Shown here piece by piece: positions 54,010 through 63,056 of a stretch of DNA of 64,000 nt. Numbering within the stretch: position 1 is the stretch's first letter; each line of letters starts with the position of its first letter. The DNA comes from an uncultured Gemmatimonadales bacterium. GTDB lineage: Bacteria; Gemmatimonadota; Gemmatimonadetes; Gemmatimonadales; GWC2-71-9. The stretch covers positions 289,630 through 353,629 of the forward strand of contig CAVUOO010000001.1 in NCBI GenBank assembly GCA_963743195.1, read 5' to 3'. A program made the position numbers and the translations under genes. Under the pieces are notes generated by a model that saw only the letters and a list, made by a program, of their open reading frames with translations, had not been told where the DNA came from and searched no databases.

Positions 54010-55134
54010 TCATCCCGCCGCCTCGCCCGGCACCTCGACCCGGTCGCCCACGACGTCGACGACATAGAGCATCTTGATGGCGGTCATCACCGCCGAGAGC
54101 ATCGGCACCGCGATGAGGAGGCCAAGAAGTCCGAAGACGGTGGCCATCAGGGCCTGCGTCAGGAGCGTGAGCACGGGCGGCAGGCTCAGCGAGCCCTTCA
54201 TGAGCAGCGGGATGAGCACGTGCCCTTCGGTCTGCTGGATGACGGTGAAGGCGATCGCCACCGAGAGAGCCTTGGTTGGACTGTCGAGCAGGCCCATCGC
54301 GATGGCCGGCATCGAGGCGGCGATCGGTCCCACGAAGGGCACGAACTCGAGAAGTCCCGCGATGATCCCGAGCGCGAAGGCTCCCCGCACTCCGAGCAGA
54401 AGGAGCACGCCGGTGGTAATGACACCGATAGTCACCATCGCGATCAGCTGCGTCACGAGCCATCGCCGAAGGCTGAATGCCATCGCGCTCAGGACCTCCC
54501 CCGCGCGCTCCCGATGGTCATGTGGGAAAAGGTGCATCAATCCATCGTGGTACAGCTTGGGATCGATCGCCACGAACAACGTGATGAAGAAGACGAGGAC
54601 AAGCCCACCCAGCGCCGACAGGGTCGAGGAGAAGACGGTGAAAAAGGCGTGACCCACGGTCCGGATCGGCGGGCTCAGTTCCGTCACCTGGTCCGTTTCC
54701 TTTGGGGTCGCCGCCTTCCCCGTCTCGCCTTTCCTCTTCTGATTCTGGGCCGTCGTGTCCTGAAGCATTCGGCTCACGCCGCCCGCCTGCGTCACGATCC
54801 ATCCTCTGACCTTGCTCGCCACTTGCGGCACCTGCTCCCGAATCTCCTGGGCTTGACTAGTCACTTGGGGTGCTGCCTGAAAGACCAGCCCCCCGATCGC
54901 GGCGAGCACCAGAATGAGAACAACGGGGGCACCGATCGCGCGCGGAATCCGCAGACGCTCCAGTCGGTCGGCCGCGCTCGAGAGGGTGAGCCCGAAGAAG
55001 ACGCCGATGAACGCGAGGAAAAAGACCTCATGCGCCTCCCAGAACAGACGAAGGACGATGTACAGTCCCGCGACCAGGCCGGCAGTGCGCAGCACGTCGG
55101 AGGAGCGCCAGGTGGTCCGGCTCTTGGCAGGCAT
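54010..55134 (-). CDS. AI-2E family transporter (PerM/UPF0118)
   Basis: 374 aa multi-TM protein. The C-terminal region LLEFVPFVGPIAASMPAIAMGL...IQQTEGHVLIPLLMKGSLSLPPVLTLL is characteristic. Confidence 0.85.
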   Translation of the reverse strand: MPAKSRTTWRSSDVLRTAGLVAGLYIVLRLFWEAHEVFFLAFIGVFFGLTLSSAADRLERLRIPRAIGAPVVLILVLAAIGGLVFQAAPQVTSQAQEIREQVPQVASKVRGWIVTQAGGVSRMLQDTTAQNQKRKGETGKAATPKETDQVTELSPPIRTVGHAFFTVFSSTLSALGGLVLVFFITLFVAIDPKLYHDGLMHLFPHDHRERAGEVLSAMAFSLRRWLVTQLIAMVTIGVITTGVLLLLGVRGAFALGIIAGLLEFVPFVGPIAASMPAIAMGLLDSPTKALSVAIAFTVIQQTEGHVLIPLLMKGSLSLPPVLTLLTQALMATVFGLLGLLIAVPMLSAVMTAIKMLYVVDVVGDRVEVPGEAAG

Positions 55135-55149
55135 CCGGCTATTCCGAAC

Positions 55150-55503
55150 TTATCGAAGGGTGTACAGGTAGGCGGCAATGTCGCGCGCTTCCGCGGCGTT
55201 GACGCCGAGATCCGGCATCGCGGTCCCCGCTTCGATGGACTGGGGTGAAGCGATCCACCGAACCAGGTCGCGTGCTCGGTTGGGAACCTGACCCGCGATG
55301 TAACTCCGCCTGGCAAATTGGGCCAAGGATGGTCCGGCAAGCCCATGCGCCTCGCGAATTCCGGGAATGGTGTGGCAGGCCCCACAGCCGTACGCCACGA
55401 TTTCCGCCTTCCCCTTTTCCGGGTCGCCGCCGGCAACGAGCCGAGACGGACGCCCCTGAAGACAAGCAGTGAGAAGAATCGCAGCGACCGGTGCTAGCCG
55501 CAT
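55150..55503 (-). CDS. Membrane-tethered mono-haem c-type cytochrome
   Basis: Lipobox AILLTAC. Haem motif CGACH with a distal Met in GTAMPD. 10-nt overlap with the upstream gene. Confidence 0.8.
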   Translation of the reverse strand: MRLAPVAAILLTACLQGRPSRLVAGGDPEKGKAEIVAYGCGACHTIPGIREAHGLAGPSLAQFARRSYIAGQVPNRARDLVRWIASPQSIEAGTAMPDLGVNAAEARDIAAYLYTLR

Positions 55504-55916
55504 GGCGGAATGAGGAAGTATCCGGCCGCGTTCATGAACACGCCGAACAGGAAGAAGAGGCCGACGATGACACCCGCCAGGGCCATGAATGCGTTGCGCT
55601 CATCGCCCGCATCGGTTCCTTCTTCCCCATCGGGCTGTTTCCGGCTCGCCCGACGCCAAAAAAGCGTAGCCGTCGCCAACCCGGACCCGGCGAGCCCGAG
55701 AGCCATTCCACTCACGATCACCTCGCCCACACCGAGCCCGGGCGCCAGCGGGACCAGCCGCTGAGCATGGGCCGCACAGGCTCGAGCGGCGAGCCCGTAT
55801 CCCACGAGCTCCTGCATGGCCCAGGCGAGTGGACCGGCGATAAGCCCGAACCAGAGAGCTCCGGGCGAGACGTGGTTGACCCGTCGTTCCTCCACTCGCA
55901 ACACGCTGATACTCAC
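55494..55916 (-). CDS. Hypothetical polytopic membrane protein linked to the oxidase
   Basis: GTG at 55916 lies 10 nt after the subunit III stop, with GAGG just upstream. It has 3-4 hydrophobic helices (ALWFGLIAGPLAWAMQELVGYGL..., AFMALAGVIVGLFFLFGVFM). No family recognised. Confidence 0.45.
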   Translation of the reverse strand: MSISVLRVEERRVNHVSPGALWFGLIAGPLAWAMQELVGYGLAARACAAHAQRLVPLAPGLGVGEVIVSGMALGLAGSGLATATLFWRRASRKQPDGEEGTDAGDERNAFMALAGVIVGLFFLFGVFMNAAGYFLIPPCG

Positions 55917-55926
55917 GCCTCGGTCC

Positions 55927-56520
55927 TCACCCGATTCTGGGCGATAGGTACAACGTCGTGAAGACGGCCAGCCAGACAATGTCGACGAAATGCCAGTACC
56001 ACGCAGTGAGGGTCACCGGCAGGTGCCGGCCCAGCTTGAAATGGCCGAGCCATGCCCTCAGCAGCACGACCGCGATCATGAGCAGGCCGACAGCGACGTG
56101 CGCGCTGTGAAAGCCGGTGATCACGTAGAAGAGCGAGCCGTGGGCATCGGTCCTCGGCGAGAACGGCAGATTGACATACTCGACGATCTGAATCGAAAGG
56201 AAGACCGCGCCCAGAATCAGGGTGAGAAGGAGACCACGGCCGAGTCGAATCCTCTCGCCCGACCGGATTCCCGCCTCCGCCCACCACATCGTCGCGCTGC
56301 TTGCGAGGAGAATCAGCGTATTGGGCAGCGCGAGATGCAGGGTTGGAGGACCGCCCGGCGGCCATGAGCTTCGAGCCTGCGACGCGACGTAGAAGTAGCT
56401 GAACAGCAGATAGGCGAACAGCGCCGCCTCGGTCGTGATCAGAAGCACCATGCCCCACCACGCCGGCTGTTTGACGGTTCGCACCACGGGCGCAGGGAGC
56501 AGCTCCGTCACGGCGGTCAT
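55927..56520 (-). CDS. ctaE: Cytochrome c oxidase subunit III
   Basis: ATG at 56520 forms an ATGA overlap with subunit I. ...WWGMVLLITTEAALFAYLLFSYFY...GFHSAHVAVGLLM...YWHFVDIVWLAVF. Confidence 0.9.
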   Translation of the reverse strand: MTAVTELLPAPVVRTVKQPAWWGMVLLITTEAALFAYLLFSYFYVASQARSSWPPGGPPTLHLALPNTLILLASSATMWWAEAGIRSGERIRLGRGLLLTLILGAVFLSIQIVEYVNLPFSPRTDAHGSLFYVITGFHSAHVAVGLLMIAVVLLRAWLGHFKLGRHLPVTLTAWYWHFVDIVWLAVFTTLYLSPRIG

Positions 56521-58421
56521 GGCTGATCCTCTGCTTGCCTGGGCCAGAGCCAGCCGATCGTCATCCCGATGCCGAGAGCCGTAGCCGCTGCGGCAACCGG
56601 CCAAGATCGGAGCAGCAGTCCGTAGGCGAGGGTGGCGAGCGATAGCGTCAGGAAAAATGGCCAGAGTGAGTCTTCCGGCATTCGAATCGCCGGACCGCGG
56701 TCGGCATCGAGCGGAGAGGTGACCGCGGTCTGCCTTCCATCGTCCAGTGCCGGGCCCTCCGCGACAAGGCTTCGCTGGGTCACACTGATCCGATCCTCCC
56801 ACAGCGGATAGCGACTGCTCACGGTCGGGATCACCGGAAAGTTGTACGGTGGAGGGGGAGAGTCGATCGCCCACTCGAGCGTCGGCGCGTCCCAGGGATT
56901 GCTGCCCGCCAACGAACCGTTCCGTCGGCTCCAGAACACATTCACCACGAAGAGGAGAAGGCCCAGGGCGAAGATGAACGCGCCGATGGTGGTGAGAAGA
57001 TTCGCGCCATCCCAGCCGAGACCGCTCGGGTAGGTGTACACTCGACGCGGCATACCCATCAGTCCGGCGATGTGCATCGGAAAGAAGCCCAGATTGAACC
57101 CGAGGAACATCGTCCAGAAGTTCCACCGTCCCAGCCGTTCGTTCAGCATTCGACCCGTGATCTTGGGCAACCAGAAGTACAGTCCGGCAATGACGGGAAA
57201 GACGTTGATGCCGATCAGCACGTAATGCAGGTGACCCACGACGAAATACGTGTCGGTCAATTGATAGTCGAGTGGAACCGCCGCGGTCATGACCCCGGTG
57301 ACACCACCCATGACGAACAGCACGAGGAAGCCGGCGATGAACAGGAAAGGCGTCGTGATGACTGGGCGTCCGAACCAGATCGTCGCCAACCAGGCGAACA
57401 CCGCGACCGCGCTCGGAACGGAGATCACGAGGCTGGCCGCGCTGAAGAAAGTCGCGGAGAGCGGCGGAATCCCGGTGGCGAACATGTGGTGGACCCACAC
57501 GCCGAACCCGAGGATGCCGGTGCTCGCCGTCGCAAGCGCCACCATCGTGTAGCCCGCGAGTGGACGCCGACAGAAGACTGGGAGAACGTGCGACACGATC
57601 CCCATGGCGGGAAGCACGACGATGTACACCCAGGGATGGCCGAAGATCCAGAACAGATGCTGCCAGAGCAGCGGTTGGCCGCCGCTCGCGGGATCGTAGA
57701 AATGGGTGCCGAATCGCCGGTCCAGATAGAGGAAGGTGCAGGCCACCGTCAGCGCGGGCAGGGCGAACAGGACGGAAAATGAAGTGGTCAACGTTCCCCA
57801 GATGAAGATGGGCAAGCGATTGATCGACATTCCCGGCGCCCGCAGGGTGAACACCGTCGCGATGAAATTGATGGCCCCGACCGTCGTGGAGACCCCCAGA
57901 AACACCAGGCCCAGGGCGTAGAAGTCCATGTTGAGCCCGGGCGAGTACGCCGTGGTCGTCAGCGGCACGTAGGCGAACCAGCCACCGTCGGGCGACTGGC
58001 CGATCAGCACACTGGAGTACAGGAAGAGACCCGAGAAGAGAAAGACCCAATAGCTGAAGGCATTGAGCCTTGGGAAGGCCATGTCGCGGGCGCCCAGGAC
58101 GAGCGGCCAGAAGTAATTGCTGAACCCCGAGAGCACCGGCGCGGCGTACCAGAAGATCATCGTGACGCCGTGCATCGTGAAGAGCTGGTTGTACGCCTCG
58201 GGAGTGAGCAGGTGCGTGTCGGAGCGCGCGAGCTGCAGTCGCATCACGGCCGCTTCCAGTCCCCCGATGGCCAGGAACACGAACGCGGTGACGAGATACC
58301 GTTTGCCGATCATCTTGTGATCGACGGTGCCCAATACACCGAGCAGGCCTGGTCGGGTTTCCCAGATGCGCGTCAGTCGTTCATGGAGCGAGGGCGGAAG
58401 CTCGACAACGGTCATGGCCAT
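56517..58421 (-). CDS. ctaD: Cytochrome c oxidase subunit I (haem-copper oxidase, A-type) with a 2-TM C-terminal extension
   Basis: Canonical motifs: MIFWYAAPVLSGFSNYFWPL, HLFWIFGHPWVYIVVLPAMG, VWVHHMF, VGHLHYVL. Confidence 0.95.
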   Translation of the reverse strand: MAMTVVELPPSLHERLTRIWETRPGLLGVLGTVDHKMIGKRYLVTAFVFLAIGGLEAAVMRLQLARSDTHLLTPEAYNQLFTMHGVTMIFWYAAPVLSGFSNYFWPLVLGARDMAFPRLNAFSYWVFLFSGLFLYSSVLIGQSPDGGWFAYVPLTTTAYSPGLNMDFYALGLVFLGVSTTVGAINFIATVFTLRAPGMSINRLPIFIWGTLTTSFSVLFALPALTVACTFLYLDRRFGTHFYDPASGGQPLLWQHLFWIFGHPWVYIVVLPAMGIVSHVLPVFCRRPLAGYTMVALATASTGILGFGVWVHHMFATGIPPLSATFFSAASLVISVPSAVAVFAWLATIWFGRPVITTPFLFIAGFLVLFVMGGVTGVMTAAVPLDYQLTDTYFVVGHLHYVLIGINVFPVIAGLYFWLPKITGRMLNERLGRWNFWTMFLGFNLGFFPMHIAGLMGMPRRVYTYPSGLGWDGANLLTTIGAFIFALGLLLFVVNVFWSRRNGSLAGSNPWDAPTLEWAIDSPPPPYNFPVIPTVSSRYPLWEDRISVTQRSLVAEGPALDDGRQTAVTSPLDADRGPAIRMPEDSLWPFFLTLSLATLAYGLLLRSWPVAAAATALGIGMTIGWLWPRQAEDQP

Positions 58422-58431
58422 GGTCGGGGCT

Positions 58432-59367
58432 CTATCGCAGGGTCTCGAGGTAGCCGACGATGGCGTGCAGCTCGGACGGTGAGAGCGGGAGCGCCGGCAT
58501 GAGCGTGCCGGGCTTCAGCTCCTGCGGGTTGACAATCCAACCCGCAAGGTTGCCGCGGGTATTTCGAAGCGCCCCCGCCGCGAGTGTCGAGCGCGAGGCG
58601 AGGTGGGTGAGATCCGGGCCGAGACGTCCACCGGCTCCGGTCCCTCGGATGGTGTGGCAGAACGCGCACGCGGCATGCTCGAATACGGCTCGCCCACGCT
58701 CGATATCGTCGCCCTCGGGAGCGACGGCGGGACTTCGCTGCTGTTCGAGCCAGCGGTCGAACTCGGTCGGCGCTTCGGCGATGACCAGCGACGACATGTG
58801 TGCGTGCTGAAGCCCACAGTACTCGCCGCATTGTCCACGATACACGCCCGCGCTATCCGCCCGAATCCATAACGTATTTCGCTGGCCCGGAATCAAATCT
58901 CTTTTTCCGGCAAGCTGCGGCGTCCAGAAGCTGTGGATCACGTCTCTGGTGACGAGATCGAGCCGGACCATTTTGCCGGCCGGGATGTGGATCTCGTTGG
59001 CGGTGCTGACGGTCTGGGCGGGTGCCTCGGACGGATAGCGGACCTCCCACCACCACTGGTGCCCGATGACTTCAACGACGAGGTCCGGACGCGCAGGTGG
59101 AGACGCGACTGCCCGAAGCGTCGTAAATGTCAGGATGAGCACGCCGATCAGCACAACGACGGGAACGACCAGGCCGCCGACCACAATCCAGGACGTCCCA
59201 CGGCGGCTCCGACCGAGCCGGCGGCGGTCCTCTTTGCGATCCTTGAGGATGCCTACGAGAACCAGCGCCGCGACGACGAGCACGACCACGATTGCGACGG
59301 CCGTCAGAATCCAGCCGAGCCACGCTTCACGCTCGGCGGCGAACCCGAAGGCCCGAAAAATGGGCAT
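58432..59367 (-). CDS. ctaC: Cytochrome c oxidase subunit II fused to a cytochrome c domain (caa3-type)
   Basis: ATG at 59367 lies 5 nt after the xoxG-like stop. CuA site CGEYCGLQHAHM. C-terminal haem motif CAFCH. Confidence 0.9.
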   Translation of the reverse strand: MPIFRAFGFAAEREAWLGWILTAVAIVVVLVVAALVLVGILKDRKEDRRRLGRSRRGTSWIVVGGLVVPVVVLIGVLILTFTTLRAVASPPARPDLVVEVIGHQWWWEVRYPSEAPAQTVSTANEIHIPAGKMVRLDLVTRDVIHSFWTPQLAGKRDLIPGQRNTLWIRADSAGVYRGQCGEYCGLQHAHMSSLVIAEAPTEFDRWLEQQRSPAVAPEGDDIERGRAVFEHAACAFCHTIRGTGAGGRLGPDLTHLASRSTLAAGALRNTRGNLAGWIVNPQELKPGTLMPALPLSPSELHAIVGYLETLR

Positions 59368-59372
59368 CAGGA

Positions 59373-59861
59373 TCAGGTGCCCTGCGAGGGAGTCGGCGGC
59401 TTCACCGGCTCGGCGTCGCTGCCAAGTGTCCGGAGGTACGCGATGATCTGCCAGATCTGGTCTTCGGCGACCTTGGCGCCCCACGCAGGCATGCCGTTGG
59501 GCCTTCCCTCCGCGATCGTCGAGAACAGTTGCGCATCACTGCCGCCGTAGATCCAGACCGTATCCCGCAGGTTAGGCCCCATGCCTCCGCCGGCGTAGGA
59601 GGAGTGACAGCCCGCGCAGTTGTAGCCGGTGAAGAGTTGTCGTCCGACCGAGATCGCCTGCGGATCGCCGGTGAAAGGATTGTGGACCTCACCGAGCACC
59701 GTCTGCGGCGCAATGCCCGGGCGAGCCCCGGGTGTCGTCGCATCGGCCGACGGACCCTGCGTCAGACCTTCCGCCCGGGCAGAAGCCGACCCCGGCATCC
59801 GATCGCACGCACCGACCCCGGTAGCGAGAAGTATCGCGCTCGCGTACGTCGCTACGCGCAC
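59373..59861 (-). CDS. xoxG: c-type cytochrome, XoxG-like position, lipoprotein
   Basis: Lipobox LLATGVGAC. Haem motif CAGCH with NGMPAW. It lies directly downstream of the xoxF-xoxJ pair with a 10-nt overlap. Confidence 0.65.
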   Translation of the reverse strand: MRVATYASAILLATGVGACDRMPGSASARAEGLTQGPSADATTPGARPGIAPQTVLGEVHNPFTGDPQAISVGRQLFTGYNCAGCHSSYAGGGMGPNLRDTVWIYGGSDAQLFSTIAEGRPNGMPAWGAKVAEDQIWQIIAYLRTLGSDAEPVKPPTPSQGT

Positions 59862-60715
59862 GATCCCCTCCGCCGAGCGGGACCACAGGTGAGCACGCGG
59901 GATTCTTCTTCCAGTCTGGGAATTCCGTACGAGTCGAGGATCCGGGCGATCTCGGCGGAGTGCCGCACGAGTGCCGAATCGAGTCGAGCGCGGAGCACGG
60001 AATCAGCCGGCCGGACACCGAGCGCGATGGAGAATGTGAATGGAAGACCGGGTGGATCGAGGGCGGGCAGCACCCGGCGCATGGTCAGGGGGACCGATTC
60101 GCGGTGCGCGAAATACCCGGCAAACGGTCCCCAGATGATCGCGACATCGACCTCGCCTGTCGCGACGGCGTGCACCAGGTTGGACGGTGGATTCGGGCGG
60201 GAGTAGTCCCCGTAGATGCTGTACCCGACGACATTCCGTACGATCCCTCGTCGGGCCAGCGCCTGAACCGGCGGCGGATTGTTGTAGTCCTCCCCGATCA
60301 GGTGCACGCCGATCCTGAGACGTCGGAGCGTGGAGTCATCAAGCGACTCGATGTGCCGATGGTCCCTCGCGCGGGTGAGAACCACGTAGGACGATGTGTA
60401 GTAGGGCCGCGTCGCGAGAATTCGGCCGCTGCCCGCGGGAATTCCCATGACCACGTCGCAGCGATGCGCGCCGAGCGTCTTCCGGATGAACCCTCGACGC
60501 TCGGCCCACCAGGTGTACTGCACCGTCGTGCCGAGGTCGCGGGCCAGGAGCGTCGCGATCCGATTCTCGAAGCCCTGGGCCTGCGCGTTGGAGAATGGCA
60601 GGTTGTTGGGGTCGGCGCACACGCGGAGCGCCCCCGCCCGAGTCGACTCGGCCCCGGTCAGCAGAATCGCGGTAAGACTCAGCCCGGCGCCGGCGCTACG
60701 GGAGAGCAAAGACAT
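59852..60715 (-). CDS. xoxJ: Quinoprotein-dehydrogenase-associated periplasmic binding protein (MoxJ/XoxJ family)
   Basis: ALRVCADPNNLPFSN...GFENRIA...YTWW...RGFIRKTL...CDVVMG is typical of MoxJ/XoxJ. 20-nt overlap with xoxF. Confidence 0.75.
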   Translation of the reverse strand: MSLLSRSAGAGLSLTAILLTGAESTRAGALRVCADPNNLPFSNAQAQGFENRIATLLARDLGTTVQYTWWAERRGFIRKTLGAHRCDVVMGIPAGSGRILATRPYYTSSYVVLTRARDHRHIESLDDSTLRRLRIGVHLIGEDYNNPPPVQALARRGIVRNVVGYSIYGDYSRPNPPSNLVHAVATGEVDVAIIWGPFAGYFAHRESVPLTMRRVLPALDPPGLPFTFSIALGVRPADSVLRARLDSALVRHSAEIARILDSYGIPRLEEESRVLTCGPARRRGSCA

Positions 60716-62612
60716 ACAGCATCCCTCCCGGCCCTGTGTACGCTGGAAGATCCTTCATGGCGTTGACGAAACCGAGGGCAGCGGTCGGATCCTCCGGTGA
60801 GAGGCCAAAGGCGATTGCCCCTGCCCATCCCCCGACGCCGGCGTACACCGCGACGTACTGCTTGCCATCGGGGCCCAGGTACGAGATGAAGTTTCCGATC
60901 AGTCCCGAGCCCGTCTTGAATTTCCAGAGCACCTCACCGGTCTTCGCATTCACGGCCTTCACCCAGCCGTCCATCGTCCCGTAGAACGCCACGTCGCCTC
61001 CGGTCACCAGCGCACCGGTCCACACCGGGAAGCGCTCGGGAATGCTCCAGACTTTCCGTTTGCCGGCGACATCCCAGGCCATGAATTCGCCACGGTTTCC
61101 TCCCGGCCCCGCGTACATCATGACTTCGGCGCCGACGTAGGGCGTGCCGGCGATGTAGCCGACCTCTCCCGCCTTGTAGTCCATGCAGAGATTGGTCGCC
61201 GGACTGTAGAGCCATCCCGTCCGTGGTGAATAGGCCGCGGGCTGCTGGTCCTTTCCCCCCGTTGCCGCCGGACAGATGCCGGTGACGTTGACCCCCTGGT
61301 GCGTGTTGAACGCGGAATCCTCGATCGGTCGGCCGGTCTTGAGGTCCACACTCTTGGCCCAGGTGACGTGCGTGAACGGCGTGGCGGAGAGGAGCTCGCC
61401 GGTCGCGCGATCGACGACATACACGAAGCCGGTCCGACCGATCTGGACCACCACTCTTCGCGGCTGGCCGTCGATCGTCATGTTGAGCGGCAGCACTTCG
61501 TTGATCCCGTCGTAGTCCCATTCGTCGTGGGGCGTGGTCTGATACGCCCACACCGCTTCACCGGTCTTGGGATCGCGGGCGAAGAGCGTCGTGGACCAGA
61601 GATTGTCGCCGGGGCGCATGTCGGGATTCCAGACCCCGGGATTGCCCGACCCGTAGTAGATCAGATCGGCCTGAGGGTCGTAGGTGATCCATCCCCAGAC
61701 GGCGCCGCCGCCCCGCTTCCATTCATCGCTCGGCCAGCTCGAGACGCCCAGATCGGTTCCCTGGAGCAGGTGATAGAAGGGGCGGAAGCGGCGACCGATC
61801 AGGACGTCGCTGTCGGGCCCGCTGTTGTAGGCGCGCCAGAGCACCTTGCCGTCCTTGAGGTCGAGGGCCGTGATCCACCCCCGGACACCCATCTCCCCTC
61901 CGCTGTTCCCGACGAAGACACGCCCGTTGATGACGAGAGGGGCCATCGTCATGGTCTCGCCGCGGTTGATGTCGCCCAGCTTCGTCTGCCAGACGACCTT
62001 TCCGGTCTCCGCGTCCAGCGCCACCGTGATGTTGTCGAGCCGGTTGAAGACGAGCTTGCCGTCGGCGTACGACGCGCCGCGATTCACGATGTCGCAGCAT
62101 GCCTCGCCCTGTGAGGCGGGATCGGGATTGGGACGGTAGACCCACTTGACGGGACCGGTCGGATTCGCGAGGTCGAGAGCGTAAACAATGTTTGGAAAGG
62201 GTGTCACCAGATACATCGTGGATCCCACCACGAGCGGCTGGCCCTCGTGCCCGTGCAGGACGCCAGTGGAGAAGGTCCAGGCGACCCGGAGGTTCTTCGC
62301 GTTCTCGGTGGTGATCTGGGTCAAGGGACTGAAGCGCGTGCCTTCAGGATCCCTGCCCGGCAGTGTCCACTGTCCCGCCGCGCTGTCGGGTGCGCTCGTC
62401 GCCGGGTGTTCGGGCCTCGCGGCCTGGCGTTTCGCCTGCGCGCCGGCTGGAGCGGGTTCACTGCAACCAGCGAGGGCCACGACGACCGCGAGGGCGAGAA
62501 CGGCCGATCGTGCGGAGGGAGACGACGCTCGTGCAAGCGTCCAACTCGGAGGCGGGCACATTTGCCGCAAATGTGGAGCCCGCCGGCCCGCCCGGGCCGT
62601 GATGCCCCTCAC
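60696..62612 (-). CDS. xoxF: PQQ-dependent methanol/ethanol-family dehydrogenase, XoxF type
   Basis: Vicinal disulfide GEACCDIVNRG. PHDEWDYDG carries Asp two residues after the catalytic Asp (the lanthanide-type D-Y-D). W-docking propeller repeats. The N-terminus has the lipobox-like VALAGC. Start at 62612 or 62561. Confidence 0.9.
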   Translation of the reverse strand: MRGITARAGRRAPHLRQMCPPPSWTLARASSPSARSAVLALAVVVALAGCSEPAPAGAQAKRQAARPEHPATSAPDSAAGQWTLPGRDPEGTRFSPLTQITTENAKNLRVAWTFSTGVLHGHEGQPLVVGSTMYLVTPFPNIVYALDLANPTGPVKWVYRPNPDPASQGEACCDIVNRGASYADGKLVFNRLDNITVALDAETGKVVWQTKLGDINRGETMTMAPLVINGRVFVGNSGGEMGVRGWITALDLKDGKVLWRAYNSGPDSDVLIGRRFRPFYHLLQGTDLGVSSWPSDEWKRGGGAVWGWITYDPQADLIYYGSGNPGVWNPDMRPGDNLWSTTLFARDPKTGEAVWAYQTTPHDEWDYDGINEVLPLNMTIDGQPRRVVVQIGRTGFVYVVDRATGELLSATPFTHVTWAKSVDLKTGRPIEDSAFNTHQGVNVTGICPAATGGKDQQPAAYSPRTGWLYSPATNLCMDYKAGEVGYIAGTPYVGAEVMMYAGPGGNRGEFMAWDVAGKRKVWSIPERFPVWTGALVTGGDVAFYGTMDGWVKAVNAKTGEVLWKFKTGSGLIGNFISYLGPDGKQYVAVYAGVGGWAGAIAFGLSPEDPTAALGFVNAMKDLPAYTGPGGMLYVFALP

Positions 62613-62641
62613 TCAGGGTCGCATCACGGCCCGGCGAGGTA

Positions 62642-63056
62642 CTAGTGGCCGGTCGTTGAGCTTCCGCTCGACGCAATGGTCTCTGGAGCTGCTTGGCCGC
62701 CTCGAGGTGCCCCTGGAACGCCGGGCCGACCTTCTCGACGAAGGCCTTGAGCTCCGCGTTCTGTATCGCCGGCAAGAGCGTCTGGTTGATCGCGTCGATC
62801 ACGGCCTGGTGATAGGCCACCTCGGTCTCGGCGTAGGCCTTGTCGAACTCCGCGCCGGACTTGGTCCGCAGTTCGGCCATCGCCTTCTTGTGGGCGTCGA
62901 TCAGGTCGAGCTTGGCGGGTGGGGTGGGTTTGACCCCAGCTTCTTGGCGGGATCCCGGCCCTGTTGGCGGACCGCGGTGTGGTCGTGGATGAACTGGGTC
63001 GCGAGGTCGCGCACCGCCTTCGAGAGCTGGGCGGAAAGGCGGAGGTGGAGGAACAC
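62642..63056 (-). pseudogene. DUF4142-like gene remnant (frameshifted, no recognisable signal peptide)
   Basis: ...AVRDLATQFIHDHTAV...AKKLG / VKPTPPAKLDLIDAHKKAMAELRTKSGAEFDKAYAETEVAYHQAVIDAINQTLLPAIQNAELKAFVEKVGPAFQGHLEAAKQLQ. The frame breaks at the C4 run 62934-62937. The C-terminal frame is ambiguous near 62680. No signal-peptide-like sequence occurs upstream in any frame. Confidence 0.4.

Noticed and set aside
53725-55248. 507-aa plus-strand ORF across the EamA and AI-2E genes
   Set aside because: Antisense to two well-formed multi-TM transporter genes. The sequence is highly charged and Arg/Glu/His-rich, not protein-like.
56521-58050. N-terminal 510 aa of the 707-aa ORF 55927-58050
   Set aside because: This part is an out-of-frame reading of ctaD. 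Only the last 197 aa (from the ATG at 56520) is cytochrome oxidase subunit III.
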